A DNA stretch of 64,000 bases, from contig JAYWIR010000016.1 of NCBI GenBank assembly GCA_036172245.1, positions 3,286,001-3,350,000 of the forward strand, in the 5' to 3' direction. Shown here one piece after another: positions 45,023-58,396 of this stretch. A model generated the notes under the pieces. That model searched no databases. It had not been told where the DNA came from and was given only the letters and a program-made list of their open reading frames with translations. Position numbers and translations under genes: made by a program. Origin of the DNA: Raillietiella orientalis. Taxonomy: Eukaryota. The first letter of the stretch is position 1; each line of letters starts with the position of its first letter.

Positions 45023-46699
45023 GTAAAAGAGACGGCGGTGTGGCAGGCTATTGATGGATGACGGAGAGATGGATTGACAGGAGGAGGTAGCGAGCTCAGA
45101 TGAGGTTCCGGTGAGTCTCCCGCATCGCAGCGGTGGTGCCGAAAGAGGTCAGCGGCGAGAGGATCAGGACGGTGCCCAACGGCGTCGTGGTCTTCCCCCG
45201 GTACTTCCTCACAGAGAGGGCGCGAGCGCTCGCGCATGTACGTCGGCACCGAGGACGAGCGCCGCACCGCACGCTCAGGCTGCTTCGTCTCCACGACAAC
45301 GAGCCTGCGTTTGCCGTATGCGCAGCCTGCCACCAGCGAGGAAGGAGGGTAGAAATTCCTCGCTCCCCCCTTCTCTCTCTCCCTCCTGGACAGTGGCCGT
45401 CGTGCCGTTTGCTTCAGAGGCAGGGGAGAAGGGAGGGAGCGCCAACGCAGTGCCTCCGCATCACCTTGCCCATCTGGTGGCGCGCGCTCCCTCCGAGACT
45501 CAGGAGCGCCTCCCTCGCAGTTGGACCTTGCTGGAAGTACCGAACGTCCCGTTTCCAGGATACCGCAGCCGTTTCTCGATGGAGAGGTGAGGAAGAGAGG
45601 AAAAGTGGAGATGATGGGGGAGGGGGGAAGGTGCGACTCGCCGGAGGCAGCTGGCAGGAGGAGCAACCCACAAGCACAGACGCGCGTGCTGGTTGAGGAT
45701 GCTGGAGATGCTTGAGCTGGGCGCAAGGCAGGTAGGATTCCCCATCACCTCGGGAACGGGCATCTCGGCGACGCTCCAGAGTGAAGCTTCTTTCCCCTCG
45801 TTCCTCCTCCCTGGTGCTGAAGCCTCCGCACAAACACCTCCCGCCAAGGGACAGCACGCGGATGTCTCCCGCCTCCTCACCGTGGGGAAGTCACGATAGC
45901 AACGACCTCCGCGCACCCCGCATGATGTGCGTCCCGGAGGCGGCCATAAAGCGGCCGGGGCCAAAGAATCCTCGCACTCCGGACCACAAAAGGCCAGCGC
46001 CCTCGGGGAATCTGCGGCGGCGGGTCGGGGACGAAAGACGGGCGGCTGCGGTCTCCCGCCGCCATCCCCAGGGGACGCTTCCGGGGGCAGGGCGTCTTCG
46101 GAGGGCCGTCCCGGCGCTCCGCGGCGAGTCGAAAGCGAAGATGCTCCCCACCACCCCCTTTTTCCCTTTCTCTGCTTCCCCCCCCCCCCATCCGCATCCC
46201 TCCGTCCGGACCACGAAAGGGGCTCAACGCCGGAGCCGCCCACGGTGTGCTTCCTGTCGCGCCGCCCTTCCGCCCGTAGGCCGAAACGAGCAGAGCGCAG
46301 TTTGGATCCGCCATGAGGGAAAGGGCGAGCCGAGGGGCTCCTCTCCATTGCGTCACCGGCAGCTCGAAGGGTTTCGACGTAGATGACGGGTGAGCGATGC
46401 CCCCTTTACCTCTCCCAGACGTGCCCTGTGGCACGCCGACCCGGCCGACAAGGCCGCTCCCTTCTCACGCAGAAACACCCCCTCGTCACTCTCTGAAGAG
46501 GAGGAATGGGCCATCAAACCGGTAGCTCGGTGGCCCTTTCGAGAGCCCGTCCCCTAGGCAGAGCGCGAAGATGCTCCCTGCAATCTCCGCAACACTCAGT
46601 ATCGTGGGAAGAGGCGTAAAGTAGGAGGAAGAGGAGATCCCGGAAATCGGGGCGCTGACCTATCCTCTCCTCCTCCTTCGCCCATCCCCTTTTCCCTAC

Positions 46700-49600
46700 T
46701 AGGAAGAAGCAACCAAATCCACTAAGAGGTTCATCTTCCCTATTAGACGAAAGCCTAGAGAGGGCGTAACGAACCTGCTGGCATGCTGGAGGGAAAAGGA
46801 TGGGGAGCCGTTCCTAGTAGATCTCGTGCTGGTCTGCTTACATGGCATCGAGTCGAATTTTCTCGAAGTTTCACGATAGCGGAGGGAAGACAGAAAAACG
46901 GTGTGCAGTCCTCTCCGACATGGCTCCACCATCTAGCGGCGATTCTTCCAACTATAGCGAATCTTTCCAACTTCCCAACTACGGAACCCGCCGTCTTCGC
47001 TCTGTCGGCGTAGTACGCTCGAGGAGCAAAGCGTGTGGGAATCAGAAATTGTGGAGGGACTACAGGGGTTTCGTCCGCGAGCTCCCGGAATCGTCAAGAT
47101 AGGAGGCTTTGGGTCCATCCTCGCACTCTTAGTCGGGAAAGGTCTCTCGGCAACAGCCGCATCGCTGTAGAACAGAGCAGAGAGAGAACAAGGAAAGAAT
47201 CTACTCCAAAGATCTCCTCTTTCTCTCCCTTTCCCCCTTCCCATGGAAAACGAAGGATTCCGCATGAGGTTTGCTCCCTCTACCCTTTACCCCTGCTTCC
47301 ACTCTTGGTTCGACCTTCATTAGAGGGAACTGGGGTCCACCTTGTCCTTCGTCCTCTTTCTCTCCGCAAAGTGCCTGGGCGTTCTCTTGCCATCTGCATC
47401 CGCAACGTCGGATTTTTCTCTTCCTTCTCTCCCATTCTTTACCCCCCCATGTACGACCGACCGTCAAGGAGTAGGAGAATCCCGTATTGACTCACCTCCC
47501 GAGGATCCCTCTTAGTTCATCTCTTAAGAACCGGTCCTCCTTCCCCCTTTGAAGGACTCCAGCATCTTTTCCGTGGCCTCCCTCCTGCTCTAGTAGATTC
47601 CCCGTGTTCTCCGATAACACAGATCAAGATGCGAGTGGAGAGCAAGGATTCCGTGATCCCTTCTACTCACTCAGCATCTTCTACTCATCGAGGAACTTAA
47701 ATGCAAAGGAGAGAAGGGAAAGGGGAAGAAGAGGGGGGAAGTTGAACGAGATTTCGCACTCCTCGAGAAGACGGAGACGCTGGTAAGCACGCTCTCACCA
47801 GGGAGTGGTTCCTGGGAGAGCCGCTACGGGGGGAACAGATTCCATAGGAGTCTCGGCAGGACCAGAACGGAAAACCAGATGTCCCGTCCCCCCTCCCTGA
47901 TCAGGAAATCGTGCGCTTTCATTCTCCTGCACTCCACACCCTTTTCCAGATCCTAGAGTTTCGGATGCCCTCTCTCGCGGGAGCTCATGGTTACCCGGGA
48001 ATTTAGTTCCGCCTCCTGTGCTGCGCGGCAGCGCTCCTTGCATCCCTGTAGCCAATGCCGGGTATTCCGAAACATCTCCAGTAACTGTGAGCCAAGGGAC
48101 TACGTCGAGAGGAAGGGGGAGAAAAACGTAAAGGCGGGAGTGGAGACTCTGTCAAGGGAGTCATCTAGCGTGAGGATGTTGCACTGAACACACCCTTCAA
48201 GATTCGCGAGAGGAGGAGCGCAGAGCACTGCCATCCGGAAATCTCGCCCGGTCGTGGGGAGAAAGGGCAGGGAAAATGCTTTGAGCGTGGACCACGGGAG
48301 GGTTATAGAAAAGAACCTCTATCTGTTCCGCGCGGTCTCGTTCCTCCATGTTCTCCTGTTCTTTGTCCTTTGCGGTAGTTTTTTGAGAAGATTGCAAGCC
48401 TTGGAAACGACCTACCCCATTCCTCTCATTCCCTTCCTGCACCATCACCCAGATTCATAGTGGCGAGCACTTGTGCAAAAACCAGATCCCTCTTTCCAGA
48501 CTCCTCCTTCCCATGGAAAAATGGAAAGATGGCGTCTCACCCACTCCTTCACATGTAGCCGCGAGCTGATGCCAAAGGCAAAGATAATTCTTGGAAACGG
48601 GTAGGAGGGAGATATTCCCATGGTCACCTCGTAGTTTCGGTTGGTGATCCTCCGGCGACTTGGATATTCTCAGCATCCAGCCGAGCTCTCTGGTGTCTGC
48701 AGTTTGAGAAGACGCCGGAACGAGTGCCCTCGTGCCAATGAACGGAAGAGGACTTGGCAGAGTTTAGCTGACTTCCCGAAAGAAGGTTCGACGGACTTCA
48801 GGAACCAAGAAAAAAAGACTGTACTATTTGGAAGGGAGACGACTCTGTCCAGACGCTGTCCTTCCTTCTGCCTTTCTGAGACTCTGCCCGGGAACTAGAA
48901 AACCTGGGTGTGAACTCCCAAAAGTGATGAAGGAATCCTTCTCCGAGCCCTAAAAGGGTGCTGCGAAACTCCTTGGAAGCGTTCCTTCGGATCCAGGATA
49001 TCATGCCGCTACTGAAGTCGTTGCAGAGGAATCAATCTCTAGGTACGAGTGAGCAAAGCCCTTTGGCTCCACGAGCCGAAGAGCCCCAATGAAGAGGGTA
49101 GTCCAAGGAAGCTGTAAAGTAGCAAAGTAGGCTGCCAGATCTCTTGGCTTCTTGGGCTGAGAGGTAAGGGTGGGGCAGGAAAAGAGGAACTCTCGTAGCC
49201 CCTCGGGTGTTACACCTCGTGCAGTTCCGGCACATCGAGGAAATGCCAGCCTGCAACCTCTGGCTACGAAGCGGGAGGAGGCAGAAACTTGCCGGAGCAC
49301 CAGAGATGCAAGGTTCGACCTCGGTCTCGCGTTTCTTCAGCTCTTTGCTTCGGAATCCCATAGATGACTCTCCGGGGCAACGAGCTGAAGTTCATCTACG
49401 GATTCTCCCCCCATGCCAGATTCGGAGAAGGTCACGAAACGACACGAAAGAAAAGAGGTCCAGTGCTTCCTGCGAATCGATGGATGAAGATGCGGATGTC
49501 CAGCTGCTGGTGAAGAGTTGGCTTCACGACTCTGTCCGAACCGTTTGACCTGGAAATCCTTGGCGGTGGTGAGTTCAGCTGCAGGCAAATGCAGAAGAAG

Positions 49601-49780
49601 AGGGCTCCGAAAGCTGTGGGTATTCGCCGTCGTTGCCTTGGTGTCAATAGATCTGTGAATTTTGCGTAGCTCTCGAGATCGCAGATGATTCTGCGTGAGC
49701 GAATCTGTAGCGAAACCTGCTTGGCTTGGACTTGGCGGTGAACGACCTCGACCGAAACTTCCTGCTCCGGATCACCTCTT
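46700..49780 (-). mobile_element. Heavily decayed non-LTR retrotransposon (LINE) ORF2 remnant; boundaries approximate
   Basis: Degenerate RT motifs in correct order and spacing on -: ISLLPVSK (~48615-48590), SGF (~48490-48478), VSKAC(N) for D-x-SKAFD (~48410-48391), FPDGSAL..PLANL for GVPQGS-x-LSPLLFN (~48240-48200), and cacgctagatgac, a YADD codon string with a substitution and a 1-nt insertion (48172-48160). Weaker endonuclease-like traces lie upstream (~49750-49550) and a Zn-knuckle-like trace downstream (~46920-46860). Many frameshifts and stops. Confidence 0.6.
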
Positions 49781-51545
49781 AAGAATCAGCAAAGGAGGAA
49801 GAATCCGAAAAGGAAGAAAACCGTGGTCCCGTTGCGTAGCTTGACCCTCCGTCTGCCTCGGTTCGCAAGCTTCCCTGAAAATCCGGCGAATCCGAGCTCC
49901 GGAGTTCCCAGAGGGTTTTCAGGGTGCTCTGCCAGCCTCTCTGCTCCTCGGGTAGCTGTGCTCCCTTCGTCGGGTCTTCTGCGTTGGGCAGGCACACCTC
50001 CGCCTTCCTCACGAGAAGAGAGAGAGAGGTCTTCGACGGTCGTGAACCTTTGCTAGGAGGCACCCACGCAGGGGCGTCACCGAGACGGTGCGACCAGGCT
50101 GCTTGGACCGCGGAAGCACACGCTCTCTGCCCAGACCGGTGGCGTCTTCGAGTCTTTTGCTCAACCGAGAGCAGCACGCGCTGACCGCAAGGCGAAGAGG
50201 ATCCCACGGGAGATCTCCAAAGAGGGTGGTATGCGAAAATGCAACCGGCGCGCCTCCCGAGCTCCTCCTCAGATTCTTGCTGATCGACATGCGGCATTTC
50301 TTCGGTCATCGGAAAGTCATCTCGGCATGCAGCAACGGAATTCCGTCTGCTCTTCCCCGCTGCAACTTTCCTTCCCCCGCAGTCGCCTGCCCCACGACGA
50401 CGATCTCTGGCGGGAACGGAACCGAGTCTCCGAGCAACGCGGCACGAGGTCAACCCACGAATAAAACAAGAGCTGCGACACGCGACGTGCGTTCCCGGTT
50501 CGAAGCGTGCGGGAGGGGGTGGCGCACGAGGATGCGCCAAACGTGCAAAGCACCCCCTCGGGCCCTCGGGCCGCTTGTCGCGCGCGCTCGTTCGTGCTTC
50601 GTGTCGCACGGACGCGTCGGGGGCTTCAGTTTCCTCCGTCCGCCGCGCACGGTTGCTATGCTCAGATGCTCGTCCGTCGTCGAGGCTGAAGTGCACACGC
50701 CGAATGTTCCGGAAAACGTCTCCTCCGAGAGCCGCTATTCGTTGCCTCGATGTGCTCTTCTCACCAAAGAACACACAAAATGGCTCACTCCTGACGTGCT
50801 GGGCAGGGCTCGCCAAATTCGCACCGGAGGAGGAGGAGAGGGACCTAAAAAAAAAAAAAAGAAAGAAAGAAAGAGAGAAAGAAAGAGAAGAAAAGAAAAA
50901 AAAATCCCACAGCTGGTCCGTATCTTGGAATCTCACTGTCTTCAAGAATGGAACAAGGAGGAGGAGGGAAATCTGCAGCTTTCGCCTCTCCCTTCTCAGC
51001 TCTCGTGCCGTCCTTCCTACGGTCCGCTGGTGATGTTAACAAACCTTTCCAGCATGAAGTGGCAAAAACACGTGGGTATAAAGTTCCGATATCAGCATCC
51101 GGGCAAACATTCTTCAGTAGCAGAAGACAACATGACGTTTGCTCATTATTGTTTCTTTTTTTTTTTTTTTTTTCCCCCTCCCCTCCCCTCCCCTTCGAAA
51201 AACAGAATCGCTCTCTATTAGAAGCTCTGGCTAGCTGGCTGTTTTTTTTTTTTTTTTCCTTTTCCTCCATGGAAGAGAGAAGAGGGGGGGGGGGGAGGTG
51301 AATGCTTAAAATGATCGATAATTGACTACCTGCCACGGGGAGAGGAACGTCCATTGTCTCACAAACATGAGAGGCTTCTTCTTCCGCTTCTTTCACCGGC
51401 CGCAGACAGATCCGTTCGTCAGCGTCTGAAATCCGATTCCTTCTTCCCGAATTTACGAGCCAATCAGCCTGTGGGTCCAAGGCAAAGATCGGGCGGAAAG
51501 CATGAGATCATCGGGACGGGGAGGAAAAAGAGGCACAGAGTCGGG

Positions 51546-51583
51546 TTTTTTTTTTCTTCTTCTTCTTCTTCTTCTTCTTCTTC
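51546..51583 (+). repeat. T-run plus (TTC)n microsatellite
   Basis: Directly visible. Confidence 0.9.
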
Positions 51584-54546
51584 CTCCCTCCCCCCCGCGA
51601 GGATGCCAGCCGTCTGCAGCGCGAGCAGAGAGCCGGGCGAGGCCCTCGGTCGCGACCGTGCTCGAGAGAAGATCCGAGCGGCTCATCTGGAATCTGTGAG
51701 GCGGCGCCGATGAGCTGCGTCCGACAGCACTCGAGGGAAGCCGTCAGAGCCAGAGGGAGTGTCTTCGGACAAGCGGTCGCATCACTCTTCGGCGTTCCGG
51801 CGGGATTTATTCCGACCACGTGTCAGGCCGGCGCGAAACCCTCCTCGCAGACTGTCTGTCCGACCGGGGACAGCGCTGCGAGCGAGGAATTCCCCGATCG
51901 CGAACCCGAACAACAGCCGTGTAAATCCCGAGATCGGACCTACGGGCGTCTCGCACGGCACGGGTTGTTTTCCCCAAGCAGAGGACGTATTCCCTTTTTT
52001 TGCTCGAGGAAGCAGCGCCCAGCCACCTGTTGATTTCCATTTCGCCGTGAAGAAAAATCCAGGCACAACAGCCGATGGAGGCAAACACGCACGCACGCAC
52101 GCACGCACGCACAGGGGAATGGGGGGGGGGGGGGGGGGAAGAAAAAGAAACTTTCATCCTTTGTGGCGGTCGGTTTTTCGAAAAGATGAAGAAGTCGCCC
52201 GGGCGCGCTCGCGTTTCGCGGACGAATCTCCGAGCGAAGCCCAGGGATTGCGCACGCGGCCGCCGCCGTCTCCACGGCGACGCTCCGTTCGCTCGTTCGA
52301 GCGTGCCCCGGCGCGACGGAGCCATGATGCCCTCATGACTCATTCGGAGAGCCCTATCAAGTTTCGAAGGAGGGACGAACGAGCTCGTTCCTCTGGAAAA
52401 GAGCGGCGGACGAGAAGGGACCAACAGCGGAATGTTTCCACCGACGACGGTTGCCTCCTCTAAATGGTCACCTGAATGGCCGTTCAGGACTCCCTCCCCC
52501 CGTACAGTCCTGTTTTTGCAACGGCGAGACATTTCACCTCGCGGCAGGGAAATTCCTCGCTGCGGCTTCCGGTTCCTTCCGTACCTCGGAATCCCTCCTT
52601 CGTGGGGGGAGGCGAGGGCGGGGAGAGGGCTGCTCGCTCCTGTCGTGTTCCCCCTGCCGGCGCTCGCAGGTGCGCGTGGTTTCCAGTGAGACGTTCCGCA
52701 TGGTTCAGGATGCAGGGGAAGTGTTTCAGCGTCCTCCTGCGAGGAGGGAGGGGGAAGGGGGTGGGCAGGGGAAATCAGCGCACTCTCCCTCGCTCCTGCG
52801 TGCTGACAGAGCGCTCCCCTCCCCCCACCTCTGGGTGGGGTGGGCATCCCTGTTCAGGAAAATCGGTGGCTCTCGCGCCTCCGATGCGCACTCCCGTCTG
52901 TGGAGGCAGGAGGAGGTCGAGACCCTGGTCCACTTGACAGGGCGCCAGCCCGGATCGCGGTCGACCTTCAAGTAGTCTGGGAACCCTGCTTGCGTAGGCG
53001 ATGCTCGGGGAATGGCCTCCGCCCGCTTTCCCCTCGTACCCTACGAGACAAGGGGGAGGAGCTGGCGAAATAGGGGCCACCTCGCTGCGAGCAGAGGTTG
53101 GCGTCCTGACGGCTGGAAGATGCAACCACAGCCGTGCTCTCCCATGCTGAGTCACGACGGACTTGGGGCGCTTCCAGGACAAACCGGCGTTCCCCTTTTC
53201 CTATTCCTCCTCTTCCTTCCCCATGGAAAGACCTCCCGCTGCCCCCGTGCTGTCGGGCCGGTGCTGGGGCGGCGCCAAGGACGCTGACGAGCCGCACGCG
53301 TGACCTCTTCCCGCCCCTCTCCTGGATCCTCAGGTGGAAAGTGGGCGCCGCACCGTCGGGCATGCGAACGACTCCTCTTCGCTCCCGGGTAAATCGCTTT
53401 CGTTCGACCTTTCCCTTTCTCCTGGACGCCTCACTCCTGGAAGATGACGGCCTTTTCCCTCCCTTCCCGGTTTTGTACGTTTACTTTGACCGTCGAACGC
53501 CCCGGAGCGACCGAGGGACAAACCGCGCGGCCACGTGTGCCATCAGCGGAACGAATCGACACGGAAAAGACATGTCGATCCGTGCCGGACACTCGGGCGG
53601 TCGCACGGTAACGGGGCCGTTCCGCGGTTCCCTGTTTCGTTCCATTCCCCCCCCCCCCCCCACCCCCCAACTCTCCTCATCCGTTTGGATCATGAAAGAA
53701 GTGACGGCGCGTCTCTCGCGGTCGGCGGCGTTTCGTGAGTTGCCATGGAGCTCCCTTGCAAGAGCGGCATCTGCCGATGTTGGTTTCGTGGCCGCCGCGG
53801 CGCGCTCCTTCCTGCGCGTGCGCGCCGAGCGGAGGTGGGGGTGGGTGGGGACGTACAGACGGCCCCACAAGGATCTCCGAGGGACCGGAGGGAGGAACAG
53901 GAGCTCACCGAGGCCGACGGGAGGGGTCCGTGAGACGGCTCCCGGCCGAAGGACGCTACGGAGCATCCGTACCGCTGCGGGAGCGCGTCCGAGAGAGCGG
54001 GGGGAGCCTCCACGACCCCCGTGCCTTCTCCTCATAGGTCAGGACTCTTGCGGTCCCGCGGTTTCCCGTTCCGCCGGCGAGGGAGCGCCGGGTCACGCGC
54101 TCAGCGGGAGGGGAAGGGCGAGGGAGGCAGTGCCCACTCCCCTTCGCTCCCCTTCTCCTTCCCTCTCTTTGCTTTCCCCAGGGAAAATCGCTCTCTGGAC
54201 CGCGTCCGGCAGCACGCCACCCATGGTGGCGGAGGCCTCCTCGTGACGTTACTGTGAGTGCCCTCTCCTCCGCTTCTCCGCTCAGCCAGAGGAGAGGGGG
54301 GGGCTCCGGGTGGGTCGTAGTCGGTTTGTTCACAGGTGAGTAGAGGGAGGGAGGAGAGGGCAAGAAGGAGATCGTTGCCCCCGGGGATCGGTGGTGCTCT
54401 TGCCTCGGGCGCGGTGGTTGCGTGGTAGGGGCAGGGGAAGCTTTCCTCCCCCCGACTTTTCGTCCTCCGCGCGCCGGGTACAGGAGATCGTGGGCGTGGG
54501 CGGGTAAAGTGGGAAAGGGGGAAGAGGTCCCTGTGCAGCTTTCGAC

Positions 54547-54588
54547 CGTTTTCTGGAAACCCCTCCGCGTTGCCAGGCAACCCCTCCG
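54547..54588. promoter_or_regulatory. Tandem pair of RFX X-box-like sites within a 21-bp tandem duplication
   Basis: GTTTTC-T-GGAAAC (54548-54560) and the palindromic GTTGCC-A-GGCAAC (54569-54581). The units are cgttttctggaaacccctccg and cgttgccaggcaacccctccg. Confidence 0.5.
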
Positions 54589-55159
54589 CGAGGCCGCTGC
54601 GCAGTCGTCCCCCGAAGCTCGCTCCCCTTCGGGAGACCGGGGTGCATGCAGATGACGGCGCCGCCAAACCCCTGGCGCCTGCCCTCCCCTCCCTGCCCCC
54701 CGCTCGCCTCGGCGGCTGTAGGCCCGTCTCAGACGCGTGCCCCCTCCCCTCCGGCGGCGCCGGGGGCGCTGCGAGGGCATGCGATATGAGGAGGAGGCAC
54801 CCGGAGAGCCAGAGAGACTGCTCCCGCCCGCAGCCTTCACCGCTGGTCCCGTCTCGCGGACCGCCCGCAGCTGCCCCGGAGGCAGATCCGCGGAGGCGAG
54901 TCTTCGGCCGCGTGGAACGAAGGGAGGAGAAAGACCGGGATGCTGCGAGCGGGAGCTCCTTTCCCGTCTCGGCAGCGCACAGGAGCTCCGCGCCCTTTCC
55001 CGAGGCATTTCCTTCAGCAGCGCCCGGAGAGACCCCTGTCTCCCCCTCCCCAAAGATCGAGACGCACTGCCGGATGGAAGAACGGAATCAGCGCGCGGAC
55101 ATCCAAGCAGAAGATGAGGCGGTCCCTCTGCAGGTTTTCCGGGGAGCGCGCGGGAGGGA

Positions 55160-57167
55160 GGCGGCGCACGCAGCAGCCGCAGCAGCTCTCAGACGGTCCA
55201 GTCATGTCCCTCCGCGAGGGAAGATCGCGCTGCGCCGCGGCGCTCCCATGGCAACGGCGACGCGCGACCGGCGATCTCGAGCTCTCCCGAGCGGCGGCGC
55301 GTTCGCGGTCTGCGCTGTCCGACCGCCTCCCTCTTCCCGGCCGGGGAAGCGGGAAGAGCGACGTCGCGCTCTCCAGGGCGAACGCCGTTCCGGGATCGGG
55401 GCGAACCCGGAGGCGACGCGTATTCCTGAGTGCGGAAGGCAGGCAGGTCGAGGTGCCGTTTGTCCGTCCTCCCGCTTGCTCAGGGGACGGCCGCGCGCTC
55501 GCGCGCGGCTCCGAAACTCCCCCAGGGACAGCCCCCCTGACCCTCGGGGTTCCGAAACCGGTAATTTTCGATCGTCTCCCGGACGCTTGATGCTGGGGAA
55601 AGGTGATCCAATTAGCTGCTCCACGAGGCAAGAAGATAAACAAAATCACGCCGTCGCGAGGCCTCCCCGGAGCTTCCTTTCGTCCCCGGCAGATGGCAGT
55701 GACCGGAAGCGGTCGCAGCACCCCGGGGACGCAACGCGCAAACAGGCAGGGAAATTCGAATTCGAGCCTGCGCGTGACCATCGCTTATCTCTGAGGGATT
55801 GATGCAGTTTCCAGAGATGCAATTTGCTTTTATATGCTCACTTAAACCCCGGGACCTTTTGCTATTCCGAGCGGAGCTCGCAGCTCTCCAAGGCAACGTC
55901 TCGAGAGCGATCCTGCGTGATGGGGTGCAAAAGTTGGCTTTCTTCCTTTTCTGCTTTCACCTTTCGTCCGAAAGGCGAAAACGCGGGCCGCGAGGGTGGC
56001 CTCACCGTCTATCGCCAACAGTCCTGTGGCGCTTCGCGCGCCCTTGGAGCATAGGAACACCTATTCTCTCTCACCTATGTTCCGAAACGGATCCAAACAT
56101 TTGCAGGCGGAAGGCGGAAGCCTCCACGAAGGAACGGATTCTCGAAAGCTTGAGGAGACCCATTTCCAAACAGGGGCCACCCCTATTCCAATTATAGCAG
56201 TCGGTTTAGGCGGCGCGGGTGGACGGATGGAGCGTACAACATCCACTCGGTTGTGCACGTGCGAAGGAAGCTCTGGGAAATTCGTGGCCCCGACCGTGTG
56301 GCACGCTGTGGGGAATTCTGGAAACCTTCAGCCCCCACGTGATGCGTTCCCGTTATCCTAGGGAGATGCGAGCGTGATGCAACAGCGACGGGAACAAGGG
56401 GGTTCCAGAGTAAGGGTAGGCGCAATACGCAACGCTTGCAGTAAACATGGCAACCACGGTGCCAAGGCAGCGTGCGCGCCAGCGGTTATTATCAACAGTG
56501 TTGGTAAAGGTGGGGTGAAAAAAAATGGAAAACAGTTTGGAACGCTGCGCACCGCCTCTCGAAAGGGCTGGCGGTGCGAGGCACATAGCCATCAGAGCTC
56601 CTCCCTTCCCATCCTACCCTTCCCACGAAAATAAACCCTTCTGGCCTTCTCGGGAGTCCCCTTCCCTCCCCCTCCCCTTCCTCAGCAAGAAGCAGCTCTC
56701 GACGGCACGGTATTGCCTCGGTACTCCCTCCCCCCCGCGCGCGCCCCCCATGTCTGCCTCCCTCTCGTTTTTCCGGGGCCCGATGTTGCCCACGTCAGGT
56801 TCGTGGTGGTGGCGAACCTGACGTGGCGACCGCGCCTGCAGGCCCAGTTTTGCGTATGAGAGGGGGAGCCGTCGAAGGAAGATCACGACTCTCCCCTTCT
56901 CCTCCTGCTGCTGCGGCATCCCCAAAGGCGGCGTCGCCTCCGGGTTCGCCCTGAAGAGCGCGACGTCGCTCTTCCCGCTTCCCCGGCCGGGAAGAGGGCG
57001 GCGGTCGGACAGCGCAGACCGCGAACGCGCCGCCGCTCGGGAGAGCTCGAGATCGCCGGTCGCGCGTCGCCGTTGCCATGGGAGCGCCGCGGCGCAGCGC
57101 GATCTTCCCTCGCGGAGGGACATGACTGGACCGTCTGAGAGCTGCTGCGGCTGCTGCGTGCGCCGCC
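55160..57167. repeat. Long near-perfect inverted repeat: arms 55160-55419 and 56931-57167, ~1.5-kb spacer
   Basis: The arms differ by two substitutions and one 23-nt indel (55384-55406) bounded by a GGGCGAAC direct repeat. No target-site duplication is evident. Confidence 0.95.
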
Positions 57168-58396
57168 AATAGAGGCGTCCTCCCCCCCTTCCCCCGGCCT
57201 GCCTACGCAGCAGCTCTACGGCTGTCAGCTGTGGCATCCACGCGCTGTCCGGAGGGTGTGGATGCCGTCCGAGAAAGCGTGGATGCGAGGGAAAGAACAC
57301 CCAAACGGAGAAGACCGAATCGGAGGCATACGCAGGCCGCTCTCCTTCTTCCCTCCCCAAGGTGCAAGGTTGCGCTCCCCTGGGACCCCACTGCTCGCTC
57401 GGTTTGGCTCCTGCGGAACCTCTGCCTTCATGAGAAATCCGGGGTTTCCAGGAAACGAGAGTGTCACTCTCCTCATGCCCGTCGGGCAGGTGCCAGGAGC
57501 GCTGCGAATTCCTCCTTTCTCCTTGGGCGGCAGCCTCCAAGAGAGGGAGGGGATGAAAGCTGTCCCCGCAGTCTCCGTTCCCGAGGGAGTGCTGAGCGCA
57601 GCAGGAAGGAAACCACAGGGGTGAGGACACAGGGCGGAGCGCGCTTGCGCATCACCAGCTTCCTCGCGCCTCATTTTCTTAAGGGACAGCCTGCTGCGTT
57701 TCCCCTGGAGAGACCTAGACTCACGCTGAGTAACGAGTTGTGCCGATCTGATGATGGTCTGACCCTTCGGGATACCCCTGCTCCTTGCCCCTTCGTTCCC
57801 CATCTCCCCTTCTCTCTCACTATCGACCGGCATCGCAGCCATGCGCCCTCCACAGGCTGGTGAGACCCCGGGGGTGGTGTGACCTTCTTCGGTGGTTCCC
57901 AACCCACTAACTGGGCGCGTTCCTACTCGGACAAGGGTGGAGGGGAGCGACCTTTCCCCTCCCCTCCCATTGCTTGTTTCCCATCCTCCCCCACCCCGAT
58001 ACCCCCTTTCCCATGGGATCTCCAAGAGCGGGAGCCCGCATACAAGAAAGCGGCAGCAGCAGCAGCATCAACAAAGGGAAGAAAGCAAAAAGACTGAAAT
58101 TCGAGGAAGGTTGTGTGGGTGGGGGGGAAATAAGCAGAGCAGGAAGGCAAATCGGGAGGAAAGTGTCTGTCATGCCACTCTCTCCGTACAATGATGACGA
58201 CCGCCACGACCACGACGACGGTCAACCAACCCCTCCTCCTTGGTAGCATTCCGAGCGCACCGAGCGGACCCGCGGAAAGAGAGAGTCGGTTGCAATGAAT
58301 AGGGAGGACGGAAAAAAAGAGTGCGTCGCCGTCCCGAGGCATTTAATTACATTTGGTCACGGAAAAAAACATCCCGGACTCGCGACTCCGGCCGTC

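Noticed and set aside
51069..51118. E-box plus TATAAAG plus TCAGT as a + strand core promoter
   Set aside because: The TATA-to-initiator spacing is too long and there is no downstream exon evidence.
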